DNA from: Candidatus Bathyarchaeota archaeon
GTDB lineage: Archaea; Thermoproteota; Bathyarchaeia; Bathyarchaeales; Bathycorpusculaceae
Direction of reading: 5' to 3'
NCBI GenBank assembly: GCA_963828195.1
Contig: CAWHDT010000005.1
Location: 800,001 to 864,000 of the forward strand
Length of the DNA: 64,000 nucleotides
This document shows positions 12,075-22,021 of this stretch, piece by piece (position 1 is the stretch's first letter; every line of letters starts with the position of its first letter). The notes beneath the pieces were generated by a model. It searched no databases, was not told the DNA's origin, and saw nothing but the letters and a program-made list of their open reading frames with translations. A program made the position numbers and the translations under genes.

Positions 12075-13959
12075 CTACGCTAAAGTAGGCTTGAAAGTTG
12101 GCTTGGAAATCCACCAGCAACTAAATGTCGGCTCAAAACTTTTCTGCAGTTGCCCCCCTGAACTATTCAAAGAAGAACCCGAAATCACGTTTCTGCGTCA
12201 ACTGCGACCAACCCAGAGTGAATTGGGGCAAGTTGACCCAGCAGCGTATTTTGAGTTTCAGAAAGGCGTGAGAATTCTCTACGAAGCCAACAAAACCAGC
12301 TCATGCCTCGTCGAGATGGATGAAGAACCGCCGCACCCCATAAACGTCGATGCTGTCGAGGTGGTTTTAACCGCTTCTTTGATGATGAATATGCAGCCTG
12401 TAGATGAAGTTCACGTTATGCGCAAAACCGTCATAGATGGCTCAAACACCACTGGTTTTCAGCGCACATGCATCATCGCGCTGGACGGCTGGATTAAAAT
12501 TGGAGAAAAAACCATTCCGATGCAGGCCGCAAGCCTCGAGGAGGATGCGGCGCGCAAAACTGGGACGCAAGACGAGGGAAAAACCATCCGTTACCGCATC
12601 GACCGCCTCGGAATACCTCTGATTGAGGTTGCAACCGCGCCGGTAATCTACTCGCCGATGGAAGCGCAGGAAGTCGCCTTTGCTATAGGGAGGATTTTGC
12701 GGGACACTGGCAAAGTGATGCGTGGGTTAGGCACGATTCGGCAAGACTTGAATGTGTCTTTGCCAAACGGCGCCTTAATCGAGATTAAGGGTGTTCAGGA
12801 GCTTGAGTTAATCTCAAAGGTGGTGGAGTATGAGGTTCAACGCCAGCTTGGGCTTATAGAGGTAAAAGAGGAGCTTTTGAGGCGCGGCGTCAAAGTTGAA
12901 CAGCTAAAACAAGAATTCGTCGATGTCTCAAGCATCTTTAAGGAAACCAAATCGAAAGTAATCAGAAAAGCGGTAGATAAAAACCAGAAAGTCCTAGCTA
13001 TTAAACTGCCTAATTTTGCCGGGCTGTTGAAACGCGAGCTTATGCCTGACTTCCGCGTTGGAACCGAGCTTTCGGACAGGGCTAAGTTCTGGGGCAGAGT
13101 CGGCGGAATATTCCACACTGACGAAATGCCCAACTACGGTATCACACCCGAAGAAGTAAACGCATTACGAAAAGCGGTAAATGCAGGTGATTCTGACGCG
13201 GTGGTTTTCGTTGCTGACACGGCAGAAAACGTTTCAGATGCATTAAAAGCCGTTGCTGAACGTGCACAAGAACTATTGACGTGCGTTCCCGCTGAAACGC
13301 GGACGGCAAAAGATGATGGGACAACACGTTATATGCGACCTCGACCTGGAGCCGCGAGAATGTACCCAGAAACCGACATACCGCCCCAGCTAATAACGGA
13401 AGAATTAGTTGAGAAAGTGCGTTGCAACTTGCCTGAACCAGCGGAAAAGAAAATCGCTCGGTTGATAAAGCAGTACGGTTTAAACGAGAAATTAGCTAAG
13501 CAACTCTCCGACTCAGAATACAACTTTCTCTTCGAAGAAGCAGCAAAGCAAACTGGAGTTCAAGCCTCAACCATAGCGGCATTTCTGACTGAAACCCTGA
13601 AAGCCCTAAAACGCGAAGGCGTACAAATTGACAACGTTAGCGAAGACCAAATCAGAAACATCTTCAAAGCTGTCGGCTCAGGAGACCTTGTCAAAGAAGC
13701 TATAGCAGACGTTTTCAGTTGGCTCTCCAAAAACGAGACCAAAACTGTGGCGGATGCAGTAGCTGCTTTGGGCTTGCAAATGTTCACTGAAGCAGACTTA
13801 GCGCCAATTGTGGACCGCATTATTGCATCTAACCAGCAGACTGTTGACAAGCTCGGCAAAAGCGCTTATGGAATGCTTATGGGCGCGGCAATGAAGGAAG
13901 TCCGTGGAAAAGCCAATCCAGAACTGGTAGCTAAACTTCTACGCGAACGGCTCAAGTGA
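12064..13959 (+). CDS. gatE: Glu-tRNA(Gln) amidotransferase subunit E
   Basis: GLKVGLEIHQQL, IDGSNTTGFQRT, RGLGTIRQDLNVS, RPRPGAARMYPETDIP. Confidence 0.97.
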   Translation: MAIDYAKVGLKVGLEIHQQLNVGSKLFCSCPPELFKEEPEITFLRQLRPTQSELGQVDPAAYFEFQKGVRILYEANKTSSCLVEMDEEPPHPINVDAVEVVLTASLMMNMQPVDEVHVMRKTVIDGSNTTGFQRTCIIALDGWIKIGEKTIPMQAASLEEDAARKTGTQDEGKTIRYRIDRLGIPLIEVATAPVIYSPMEAQEVAFAIGRILRDTGKVMRGLGTIRQDLNVSLPNGALIEIKGVQELELISKVVEYEVQRQLGLIEVKEELLRRGVKVEQLKQEFVDVSSIFKETKSKVIRKAVDKNQKVLAIKLPNFAGLLKRELMPDFRVGTELSDRAKFWGRVGGIFHTDEMPNYGITPEEVNALRKAVNAGDSDAVVFVADTAENVSDALKAVAERAQELLTCVPAETRTAKDDGTTRYMRPRPGAARMYPETDIPPQLITEELVEKVRCNLPEPAEKKIARLIKQYGLNEKLAKQLSDSEYNFLFEEAAKQTGVQASTIAAFLTETLKALKREGVQIDNVSEDQIRNIFKAVGSGDLVKEAIADVFSWLSKNETKTVADAVAALGLQMFTEADLAPIVDRIIASNQQTVDKLGKSAYGMLMGAAMKEVRGKANPELVAKLLRERLK

Positions 13960-14027
13960 AAAAGACCATTCTTACGGGGCAATGGAAAAAAATAAGGTGT
14001 ATCGTACTAATTTAAGGAGACACAAAA

Positions 14028-14270
14028 ATGGAATCAACTATTGAACTTCTTTCTAATATTGAAGGAAACGCCAAGTGGATTAGCGATAACTATGAAGCAT
14101 TAAAAAAACAGCGTAACAATGAATGGGTTGCAGTTTTAGACAAGAGCGTTATAGATTATGATAGGAATTTTAGCAAACTTGTTAAACGGCTCAGAACCCG
14201 ATTTTCCGAAAGATATAATGAAATAGCTTTAGAATACGTTACAAGCGAAGAATTGAATCTTATCCTTTAG
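14028..14270 (+). CDS. Small protein resembling DUF5678 family
   Basis: 80 aa, W..NYE.LK.....EWVAV....VI pattern; GGAG RBS upstream. Confidence 0.6.
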   Translation: MESTIELLSNIEGNAKWISDNYEALKKQRNNEWVAVLDKSVIDYDRNFSKLVKRLRTRFSERYNEIALEYVTSEELNLIL

Positions 14271-14285
14271 AGGAGGCTGCATGTT

Positions 14286-14726
14286 TTGAGAATTCCTTTC
14301 CGCTTTAAGGAAGGAGCGCTTGAAGCAGCTTACGTTTACGCAGTACTTGATTCTGAGCCTCTTCACATTTACGCCTCTGTTGAATTCCTGCTGGATACAG
14401 GTGCCGTTAAAACTATTGTCAGCGACAGAGATGCTAACAAGCTTGGGATAGATTACCAAATGCTTGAAAAACTTGATTGCGGCATGCTCGGTATAGGTGG
14501 AACAGTTGACACGTATGTCCTGAAGGGTTCAAAGCTAATTTTTAATACAGCAGACAATAAAGCACATGTCGAACGATTAGATCAAGTGTGTTTCCTTAAG
14601 CATTCAGAAATAAATGAAAGAATTTTAAGAATCCCCAGCGTTTTAGGGCGCGATGTGCTCAACAAATACCTGCTGAAATATGACAAAAGACAAGGAAAAG
14701 TGTATTTAACTGATGAAGGTCTTTAA
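14286..14726 (+). CDS. Retropepsin-like (clan AA) aspartyl protease
   Basis: FLLDTGA catalytic motif, GIGG flap, SVLGRDVL C-terminal motif. Confidence 0.85.
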   Translation: MRIPFRFKEGALEAAYVYAVLDSEPLHIYASVEFLLDTGAVKTIVSDRDANKLGIDYQMLEKLDCGMLGIGGTVDTYVLKGSKLIFNTADNKAHVERLDQVCFLKHSEINERILRIPSVLGRDVLNKYLLKYDKRQGKVYLTDEGL

Positions 14727-14891
14727 GCAATAAAGAATATTAAATGTTTACAAACGTCTTTTAATTAATCACCCATGAATTTTACAACCACGGAATCGGT
14801 TTTTCAAATTTTTTCCATGCACAAATGGCGTTTCGCCGCAAATCCTAAAAAGGCTAAGCAATGCTTATAGCAAGTAAGTGGAAGAGTTAAA

Positions 14892-15362
14892 ATGAAGCGT
14901 ATTGAAGCACGTATAAAAACTCCTTTCGGGGAAGTTGTTATTGAAGGGGAGAATCCTCAAGATATCTTGGATATGTTGGGGGTTATTCCTGAAAACTTTG
15001 TTGAGAAGCTGTCTGATTTTGTTTCAAACAAGCTTACGCCGTCGGGAGCACAGTTGAAAGGCATAGTTGAACCCACAACGGAGGGACCCGTCATCGTCAC
15101 CCGAGAAAACCTAACCCATTACGAAGCAGTCGGCTTGGTTCTTTATGCGTCTCAAGACCGAAAAAACACTGCCGCGCAGATTCAGAAGCTTTTGGAGTCC
15201 AGCGGAATAAAAAGCATGGTTCCGGCTCGGCTCAATGAGATGACGAAGCGGGGACAAATATTCAAACCCGACCCAAATAAACCTGAGTTTAAGCTTACCA
15301 TCCAAGGCGAGAAATGGGTTGAAGAAGAGGTTCTCAAGAAGCTCAGAGGCAAAATGAGTTGA
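14892..15362 (+). CDS. Hypothetical protein with C-terminal winged-helix-like domain
   Basis: LTHYEAV...ARLNEMTKRG...FKLTIQGEKWV pattern; stop overlaps the next start. Confidence 0.6.
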   Translation: MKRIEARIKTPFGEVVIEGENPQDILDMLGVIPENFVEKLSDFVSNKLTPSGAQLKGIVEPTTEGPVIVTRENLTHYEAVGLVLYASQDRKNTAAQIQKLLESSGIKSMVPARLNEMTKRGQIFKPDPNKPEFKLTIQGEKWVEEEVLKKLRGKMS

Positions 15363-15868
15363 GCCAAAAACCAGAAAAAATCCAAGTTCAAATCAAATAC
15401 AAGGATGTTGAGCAGCAGTTTTCCGCTGACCCTCAAGACGCTTGGCTCATGGTAAACCAGTTTTTTAAAGATTTCATTCCCTCCTTCGAAATAGCCCAGA
15501 AACTTTGGCTCAGCATCGACCTCAAGCAGCTCGCCAAAGACTTAGAAGGCATTGTGGCTTTTTCAAGCGAAGGCGCAAGCATGTTGGCGCCTAAGAACAA
15601 GTTAACGGATAATGAAGCTTTGTTGATTTGGCTTGCAGCGCAGTACCTTGGGAACAAAATAGGAACACTCAGCAGCGACTCGCAATCAAAAGATGAGCTG
15701 CAGGTTAAGCTTGGGAAAAGCGGCAAAATCACCAGCACACGCCTGGGCGAACTGGCAAAAAACGGCGTGGTGCAAAAGACCGCTGACGACAGTTTCAGGG
15801 TAACAACTTACGGGGTTAAGCAGGCGCAGAAAGAAGTTATTCCAAAAATCAAACAAAAAATGATTTGA
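15359..15868 (+). CDS. Hypothetical protein with C-terminal winged-helix-like domain, paralogue of upstream gene
   Basis: LTDNEAL...TRLGELAKNG...FRVTTYGVK pattern. Confidence 0.6.
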   Translation: MSQKPEKIQVQIKYKDVEQQFSADPQDAWLMVNQFFKDFIPSFEIAQKLWLSIDLKQLAKDLEGIVAFSSEGASMLAPKNKLTDNEALLIWLAAQYLGNKIGTLSSDSQSKDELQVKLGKSGKITSTRLGELAKNGVVQKTADDSFRVTTYGVKQAQKEVIPKIKQKMI

Positions 15869-15930
15869 TTCGAGATAAGTCGCTAATACTGCTAAAAATT
15901 TGTTGTTCCCGCCCTATAGGGTTGCTTTCC

Positions 15931-16169
15931 AAGCCCTATACCAGAAAAGCAGCCTGAAATAAACCCTGAACCACACCGACCTATAGACCTACATAGTATT
16001 TGTGCCAAAAAACAACCCCAAAAAGAAATAGGAACAAAGAAGAAGAAGAAAAATTGTTTTCACCAGCTTCTTCTTCTTTTGAATAAATATGCCGAGAAGA
16101 ACAACAGTTGTTTTTTGGGTGTTGTTGTTCTTTCAAAAATGAAAAATAGCGCCAGAAACCACCCACAAA
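15931..16169 (+). repeat. Dispersed intergenic double-palindrome element, copy A
   Basis: AAAGAAGAAGAAG-N18-CTTCTTCTTCTTT (16036-16079) and AAGAACAACA-N16-TGTTGTTCTT (16097-16132). Aligns with 63092-63332 and with the reverse complement of 57980-58185. Confidence 0.9.
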
Positions 16170-16289
16170 AAAGAGAAATCTTAAAACTCTGTTATAAATT
16201 CATCCAAAAAAAACCTTAAATTTTGGGTAATCTGGGAAGCAAAAACGTATATTACTTGCGAGCCGCACATTTTTTATTGAGGTTAACTC

Positions 16290-16541
16290 ATGAATTTTGC
16301 CACGTTTTTGCCCATAATATTTTCTGTTCTAAGCAGCTTGGGGCTTAGCGCAATCAGCATTCCACTTCTCATCGTTCTGGTCATAATTGGCTTGATAATA
16401 ATAATTCTGATAAAACTTTTTCTAATTCTGATTCCCGCAATCATCATCGCCGCCCTCGTGTATGTCTTTACTGGAGACCTTTTTTGGACAGGTATCGCCT
16501 TTGTGGTAGTGGCTCTTTTATCGATATTATCCAAAATCTAA
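16290..16541 (+). CDS. Small integral membrane protein
   Basis: 83 aa, almost wholly hydrophobic, GAGG RBS. Confidence 0.7.
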   Translation: MNFATFLPIIFSVLSSLGLSAISIPLLIVLVIIGLIIIILIKLFLILIPAIIIAALVYVFTGDLFWTGIAFVVVALLSILSKI

Positions 16542-16726
16542 GCAACCCTATGCATTATTTCTTTTCTTTTTTATTCTTAGTTGACGATGAATTTCTCATA
16601 CTTGTTCTAGTAAAAAAGCAATAAAGAAGATCAGTTATTTCCCAGCGCAGAGGATGTTTCATAACGCTTTTATATTGGGTCATAGGTTCATGGATAATAC
16701 AAACACTATACTAGGAGACGGTAATT

Positions 16727-16972
16727 ATGATGATGGAACCAAGTAAAAAACCGCTTAACGTTCTCATAAAGCAGTTGCATGGAAACATTGAAGTCATTCT
16801 TAAAAACGGTTATGATTATAAGGGAAAAATGATAAAATGCGATGGTCACATGAATATTCTTCTTGAAGGCGCAACTGAATCTAAAGATGAACAGTTAATG
16901 ACGAACTACGGCAACGTTCTGCTTCGCGGAAACAATGTCCTCTACATTGTACTGGACGCCGATAAGCATTAA
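16727..16972 (+). CDS. Sm-like (Lsm) RNA-binding protein
   Basis: LKNGYDYKG...DGHMNILLEGA...YGNVLLRGNNVLYI, Sm1/Sm2 motifs. Confidence 0.92.
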   Translation: MMMEPSKKPLNVLIKQLHGNIEVILKNGYDYKGKMIKCDGHMNILLEGATESKDEQLMTNYGNVLLRGNNVLYIVLDADKH

Positions 16973-17868
16973 ATAGCTAAACTTCTGGTTTTCCCAGTCA
17001 CGTAATCGTAGGCTTCTTCAATCGCTACTTTTACGTTAAATTTGCGGTTGAAAAAAACAAGTACGTTTTTGAGGTCTCGCTTAAGCAGTTCCTCCGCATT
17101 TGCATGATCAGTCGTAACGTATTGCGGCCAGTCAATAATGAGGATGTGCCCGTCAGGTTTCAGGATAATGTTGTATTCGCTGAGGTCTGCGTGAATAACA
17201 TGTGCTTTCAAATACGCTTTCCTGACGTTGCGCATTATTTCTTTTAATATTTTTTCTGGTTTTTGGATCTCTTTATACTTGGATAATTCGGCTCCTTCGA
17301 TCATTCCCATGGCAATAACATGTCTGTTTTGGCTTATGGGCTCTGGCACTGAAACACCGTTTTTATAGACAAGCTGCATCGCTTGGAACTCTTTTTCTGC
17401 GGATACGTGTGATTGGAAAAGCCATGTTGAATGCTCGCGTACGTAGCCTCTTTTTCTTCTTGTCTGCCTAAAGCTTATTCTACCCAGTCTATGAAATTTC
17501 ACTGCTATACGGTTACCGCCTGAGCTTAATGCGTCAAAAACATCTGCTTCTTTTCCAACGCCTAAACTTTGCCCAAACGAGTCAATTACGCCTGCCTTGA
17601 CCAGAGTATTTATCGCGAGGGAATCGTAGCCAGCCTGGTTTAAAGTGTAGCCCCTGTAAGCGCCTTTTGTTCGATAAATTAGTCCCAACTTGCTTAGTCT
17701 GCCCAAGGTAAATTCGATGCGGTCCATCGGCAGTTTAGCGTATTTTTGGATCTGCTCTATGGGGACATATTCGCGTTTGCTCATTGCAGATTCGATGATA
17801 TTTAGTATTCTGAAGTCTTCACTTTCAAGTTGTCGGAATACTTTGACGGCTACTTCAGCGCTTGACAT
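16969..17868 (-). CDS. rio2: RIO2 serine/threonine kinase
   Basis: N-terminal wHTH, GVGKEADV, KFHRLGRISF, IHADLSEYN, IIDWPQ. Confidence 0.93.
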   Translation of the reverse strand: MSSAEVAVKVFRQLESEDFRILNIIESAMSKREYVPIEQIQKYAKLPMDRIEFTLGRLSKLGLIYRTKGAYRGYTLNQAGYDSLAINTLVKAGVIDSFGQSLGVGKEADVFDALSSGGNRIAVKFHRLGRISFRQTRRKRGYVREHSTWLFQSHVSAEKEFQAMQLVYKNGVSVPEPISQNRHVIAMGMIEGAELSKYKEIQKPEKILKEIMRNVRKAYLKAHVIHADLSEYNIILKPDGHILIIDWPQYVTTDHANAEELLKRDLKNVLVFFNRKFNVKVAIEEAYDYVTGKTRSLAI

Positions 17869-18032
17869 TGAACTATTAATGGGTGCTTTTCACTATAAAG
17901 AATATGTTTTTCGAAGTATTAACAGGGGTTTTTGAGTTGAATTTATATGGGTGTATTTGCAAGAATGGTTAAATAAGCCAAAACATCCCATAATTAAGTA
18001 AACAGGTCTAACGTAATATTTGGTTTTGAACC

Positions 18033-18755
18033 ATGGCTGTAGATCAAGAAAATATTTCCAAGATACTTTCGATCCTTTCGCACCCTTTGCGAAGAGAAAT
18101 ACTGCTAAACCTAAGCGAAAAAGGCGAGTCTTCTTTCACTGACCTGCTGAATTTGCTGAAGGTTGATACTGGAAAATTAAGCTTCCACCTTCGCGCCCTA
18201 GCCGCTTTCATAGAGCAAACGCCTACCGGCAAGTACAAGCTAAGCAGAGCTGGAGAAAACGCGGTCAGAGTAATACGTGATGTTGAAGGATGGGCGGAAG
18301 TTTCGGATGTTCAAAGAAAAGAAAGCCAACTTCCTATTGCGTCTTTCAAAAAACGGGTTTTTGCTTTTCTAATAGATTTTGCAATAATCTTAGCGATCAC
18401 GGTAACGATTATTTTTCTGCCTCAGGTTCTTTCTTTGTCCCCCGCAACTTTCCTAAACGGGGGAATCAGCGTCGTGCTTTTCACCACTATTGGTCTACTT
18501 TGGCTTTACTCCACTCTTCTTGAAGGGTTTAATGGTCAAAGCATAGGAAAACGCGTAACAGGATTAAAAGTTGTTAGAACTGACGGTAAGAAAATGTCTT
18601 ATGACCACGCCGCGATAAGGAACTTCGGGAAAATTTTGCCCTTGCTACCGTTTGACCTGCTCTTTGGCTGGTTGCTCAAGAACCCCACGTTTATGAGGTA
18701 CTTTGACAAGTTTGCGGGCACAACCGTTATCGACTTGCGCGTTCATTTCTCATAG
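18033..18755 (+). CDS. ArsR-like wHTH fused to RDD-family membrane domain
   Basis: LSHPLRREIL...GKLSFHLR, then ASFKKRVFAFLID...GQSIGKRVTGLKVV...D.FAGTTV. Confidence 0.8.
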   Translation: MAVDQENISKILSILSHPLRREILLNLSEKGESSFTDLLNLLKVDTGKLSFHLRALAAFIEQTPTGKYKLSRAGENAVRVIRDVEGWAEVSDVQRKESQLPIASFKKRVFAFLIDFAIILAITVTIIFLPQVLSLSPATFLNGGISVVLFTTIGLLWLYSTLLEGFNGQSIGKRVTGLKVVRTDGKKMSYDHAAIRNFGKILPLLPFDLLFGWLLKNPTFMRYFDKFAGTTVIDLRVHFS

Positions 18756-18822
18756 TGTTCTTTTTTCGTTTTGACGTAAAATCTTATTTGTTGCAGACGC
18801 CATTAGACTCTTGTGAATTCAC

Positions 18823-19287
18823 ATGAGCGAAACAGAGTTGAGAGTTTCAAAAATTAAAGATGGCACAGTGATTGACCACATCAGAGGCGGATATGCTTTA
18901 GATGTCATCAAGATTTTAGGAATTACGGGTAAGGAGAAGCGGGTAATCACTATAGGAATTAACGTTCCAAGCAAACGTTTCGGAGTTAAGGACATTGTCA
19001 AGATTGAAGGTAGAGCACTTAACTCTCAGGAAGTTAATAGAATAGCTTTAGTGGCTCCCCACGCGTCAATCAACATTATTCGCAGTTACAAGGTTGTTGA
19101 AAAACAGGAAGTTAAGTTGCCGAAAACAATTGAAGGCATTGTTAAATGCGTAAATCCATGCTGCATCAGTAACGGCGGTGAGCCTGTGGTCTCAAAATTT
19201 TACGTTAAAAACGAGGATCCCTTATCTTTGAAATGCCATTACTGCGGCATAATTTTAGAGCAGGCGGATGTTCTGCAGCAACTCTAA
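18823..19287 (+). CDS. pyrI: Aspartate carbamoyltransferase regulatory subunit
   Basis: IKDGTVIDHI, KDIVKIE, CVNPCCIS, CHYC. Confidence 0.95.
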   Translation: MSETELRVSKIKDGTVIDHIRGGYALDVIKILGITGKEKRVITIGINVPSKRFGVKDIVKIEGRALNSQEVNRIALVAPHASINIIRSYKVVEKQEVKLPKTIEGIVKCVNPCCISNGGEPVVSKFYVKNEDPLSLKCHYCGIILEQADVLQQL

Positions 19288-19736
19288 TTATCCGTCTTCA
19301 TTATCTTTCCCTGCGCCAACTCAAACAAACGTTTAAAATCTTTTTGATTAAGAACTGCACCTTGATTTATTCCTGGACACTCAAAAGTAAACTCAAAAAT
19401 ATACAACCCTTTATCCTCATCGAATTTTAACTCGAATGGGTAAAACATGCAAATTAATGGTCTTAGGGAGTAAATGGTGCATTGGTTATCTTTTAAGTAG
19501 ACGCATTGACCTTCATTTGTCTTTTTCATTTCATAAACATAAGGATGCTTATCTTTGATTTCTATTGAAAAATCATTTATGGACTGGGCGGTGTGGCGGG
19601 CAATTTTTCCGGCTTCAGTTTCTAAGAGGAGAATGTGCCTTGTTTTTTGTTTTGTGTCACCGCAGCACAACCCACATCTACTGCACGCGAATCGAACATT
19701 AACAGGGAAGATAAAATCCACTTTTGCCACAAACAT
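19284..19736 (-). CDS. YkgJ-family cysteine cluster protein
   Basis: CSRCGLCC...CVYL...CTIYSLRPLICMFYPF...CPG. Confidence 0.88.
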   Translation of the reverse strand: MFVAKVDFIFPVNVRFACSRCGLCCGDTKQKTRHILLLETEAGKIARHTAQSINDFSIEIKDKHPYVYEMKKTNEGQCVYLKDNQCTIYSLRPLICMFYPFELKFDEDKGLYIFEFTFECPGINQGAVLNQKDFKRLFELAQGKIMKTDN

Positions 19737-19769
19737 GAATTAAGGCGGTGAAATAAAAAACTTCGCAGG

Positions 19770-20126
19770 TTACGTTTTGCTTTCTTCAAGCGCTTTGTTG
19801 CGGTGACCTTCCCCATACTGGAAAGGGCGGCTAAAGTTTTTCTCGAGTTTTCCCTGGAATACTTCGTCAAGGTCCATGTTGGGGCAGGCTAAGCGGCTTG
19901 CATCTAAAACATAAAACAATACGTCGATTAGTTCTTCAGCTATTTTCTCTTCAGGCAACCCCTTTTTCCATGCATCACTTGCTTCGCCTAGTTCTATGAA
20001 GGCAAAAAGCAATTTTTTAGGGATATCTTCAGGCTTATTGTAAAAGCCTTTAGCAATTACGAGCGATTCTATCTGCTTTTTCATCTCTTCCAAATTCAAC
20101 TTCAGGTTCCCCTTTTGCATTGACAA
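19770..20126 (-). CDS. MazG-like nucleotide pyrophosphohydrolase
   Basis: IELGEASD...EELIDVLFY...KLEKN. Confidence 0.85.
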   Translation of the reverse strand: MSMQKGNLKLNLEEMKKQIESLVIAKGFYNKPEDIPKKLLFAFIELGEASDAWKKGLPEEKIAEELIDVLFYVLDASRLACPNMDLDEVFQGKLEKNFSRPFQYGEGHRNKALEESKT

Positions 20127-20419
20127 AAACTATAGCCCGCTTACTTATAGTTAAATCTAGGCGGCGGAAGTTTGCAGGTTGCCTGTGACTGCCAATACGC
20201 AACCACAAATTCTTATTTTCCCATCCTGCACCAAGAATATTGTCGAACAGAAACGAGTCGTTTGGTAGACAAACCTGCTGCCAAGATATGGCTCTGTCTC
20301 AAATCTGCACTATGGGGCTTAGGCTCCCAAATGTGTATTTCTGGGCATCCTTTCAGGCAAAAAGGAAGTCTGCCAAACGGCACCTCAAAACTTGAAATTT
20401 CTTTTAACCAATTTTTTTG

Positions 20420-20528
20420 TCTGCATGCCATATTTGTGTTGTTTTTTTGGTGTAAATACTAGACCTCCTCTTAGGGTAGGCTGGCCAGATTCAGGGCTTA
20501 TTTCAGGTTGTTTTTTTGGTTTAGGGCT
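20420..20528 (-). repeat. Dispersed intergenic element, copy B (5' half only)
   Basis: Reverse complement CAACCTGAAATAAGCCCTGAATCTGGCCAGCCTACCCTAAGAGGAGGTCTAGTATTT...AAATATGGCATGCAGA closely matches 63110-63200. Confidence 0.85.
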
Positions 20529-20659
20529 CGAATTAACGTTAAGCTGAAAAGTTCTTTGCAAATTTTAGTATATAAAGGGTTGAACTGATCGCTGTTCACA
20601 ATTTTTGGTTAAGCAAACTTTTAATTTAGTATTTGACATTAGGGGATAAGCGATAAAGT

Positions 20660-20926
20660 ATGGCTAAGTTAAAATGCAAGAAATGCGGAGCCGTCTTCGA
20701 ATACTCCTACAAGCCGTTGGCTTCACTGGTGCATGTTGGACCATACAAACAAGTCCAGTGCCCAGCATGCGGAAAAAACAGTTGGCAAAACGCATATTCA
20801 TCCGTTAAAGACCCAGTAACTTGGCCTCCCGAAGCAAAACAGCAGGAGCAGACCGCCCCGCCCCAGTTAACTGAGGAGGAGCTGGAAAAGAAGCGCATCG
20901 AAGAATCCAAATACGAAAAAACCTGA
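20660..20926 (+). CDS. Zinc-ribbon protein (CxxC...CxxC) with RIEESKYEK tail
   Basis: CKKC/CPAC; paralogous to 21634-21996. Confidence 0.8.
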   Translation: MAKLKCKKCGAVFEYSYKPLASLVHVGPYKQVQCPACGKNSWQNAYSSVKDPVTWPPEAKQQEQTAPPQLTEEELEKKRIEESKYEKT

Positions 20927-21033
20927 AAAGAATAGCGAAATCAGTCTTTGTATGTATTAATATTTCCCAAAAAAATTAGTTTAAAAACTGGTTGAGCGCA
21001 CTATTTTTTGGTGCTAATATTCTTCTTGCCTTT

Positions 21034-21558
21034 TTATTGTTTTGCCCCTTTATTTAAGAAGTCATCAAAAATCGACAGCTTCCGAGACAACTCATCTAAT
21101 TTTGCCGGAGTCTCAGGTTCATTGTATACCTGAGTGAACGCTTTCATGCTGGCGAAAACGGCAAAATCGACTGGGTCAACATCCTCAGGGATCTCGCCGA
21201 ACGCTGAAAACTTTGCCATCAGGTTGTTTTGTAGCTCCATGTAGATTTTTAATGCTGCCTGCAAGTTTGCGTCTTTGGGTTTGAAGTTGAAGGGTTGCTG
21301 GGGAACGTATCTGGTTGCCGTGGCTCGGTAGAGTTTCCTCTCTATATTTCCAACTTTTTCGGTTCTTGAGAGTTCTACTACGTTGGCTTTGAGGAGTTTC
21401 TGCATTCGTCTCCAAAGCTTTAGTGTGGGCAAGTCGAGTTGAGTGGCAAGTTGGGAGATTGATTGTTCGTTTCGGACGAGGTTTTTGACTATTATTTGAT
21501 TGATCGGGTCTGAAAGTAGCGTTGTGCTTTTTTGATCTAGGGCTTTTACCAGTTTCAT
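21034..21558 (-). CDS. ArsR-like HTH transcriptional regulator
   Basis: LSDPINQIIV...SISQLA...L..ANVVE...GNIERKLYRA. Confidence 0.75.
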   Translation of the reverse strand: MKLVKALDQKSTTLLSDPINQIIVKNLVRNEQSISQLATQLDLPTLKLWRRMQKLLKANVVELSRTEKVGNIERKLYRATATRYVPQQPFNFKPKDANLQAALKIYMELQNNLMAKFSAFGEIPEDVDPVDFAVFASMKAFTQVYNEPETPAKLDELSRKLSIFDDFLNKGAKQ

Positions 21559-21633
21559 ATGTTGAAAACGGTTTCATCTAGCTTAAATACTTATGTGCCT
21601 TGTCATATCGCCATACAACGCAGCGTGAATTGA

Positions 21634-21996
21634 ATGAGTCAATCAATCGGTTCTCTTACCGGATCAAACGGCGAAATTATCATATTGGTTGCGGTAGCCG
21701 TTGTTGCCGTGGCCTTTAGAATTTTCCTCATGAAAAATCAAGGCACACTGCGTGCTAAATGTCCCAAATGCAATGCAGTGTTTGATGCTTCACACAGTTT
21801 CCCAATCCTCCGTTTAGGACCTAAGAGACCGCTCAAATGCCCCGCATGTGGCAAAACAAGCCTTATGAACGCGCACGTGAAAGACCCAATCACTTGGCCC
21901 GCAGAAGAGACTAAACCTCAACAAACGTCACAACAATTGGCGGGCGAAGATTTAGAGAAGCAGCGAATAGAAGACTCTAAATACGAAAAAGCCTAA
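21634..21996 (+). CDS. Membrane-anchored zinc-ribbon protein with RIEDSKYEK tail
   Basis: N-terminal TM helix, CPKC/CPAC, KDPITWP. Confidence 0.78.
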   Translation: MSQSIGSLTGSNGEIIILVAVAVVAVAFRIFLMKNQGTLRAKCPKCNAVFDASHSFPILRLGPKRPLKCPACGKTSLMNAHVKDPITWPAEETKPQQTSQQLAGEDLEKQRIEDSKYEKA

Positions 21997-22021
21997 ATCG
22001 TATAAAAACTGGTTGTAAAGC

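Noticed and set aside
15981-16166. Similar short ORFs at 15981-16166, 57946-58143 and 63141-63329 (FSxLKEQQH...SKEEEA)
   Set aside because: The similarity comes from the non-coding palindromic repeat; strand and frame are not consistent among copies.
16283-16534. 83-aa minus-strand ORF
   Set aside because: It is antisense to the hydrophobic 16290-16541 gene, which has the RBS.
20172-20462. ORF with SYFPILH resembling the HSFPILR segment of the zinc-ribbon paralogues
   Set aside because: The match is too short, the CxxC pairs and conserved tail are absent, and the ORF runs into repeat copy B.
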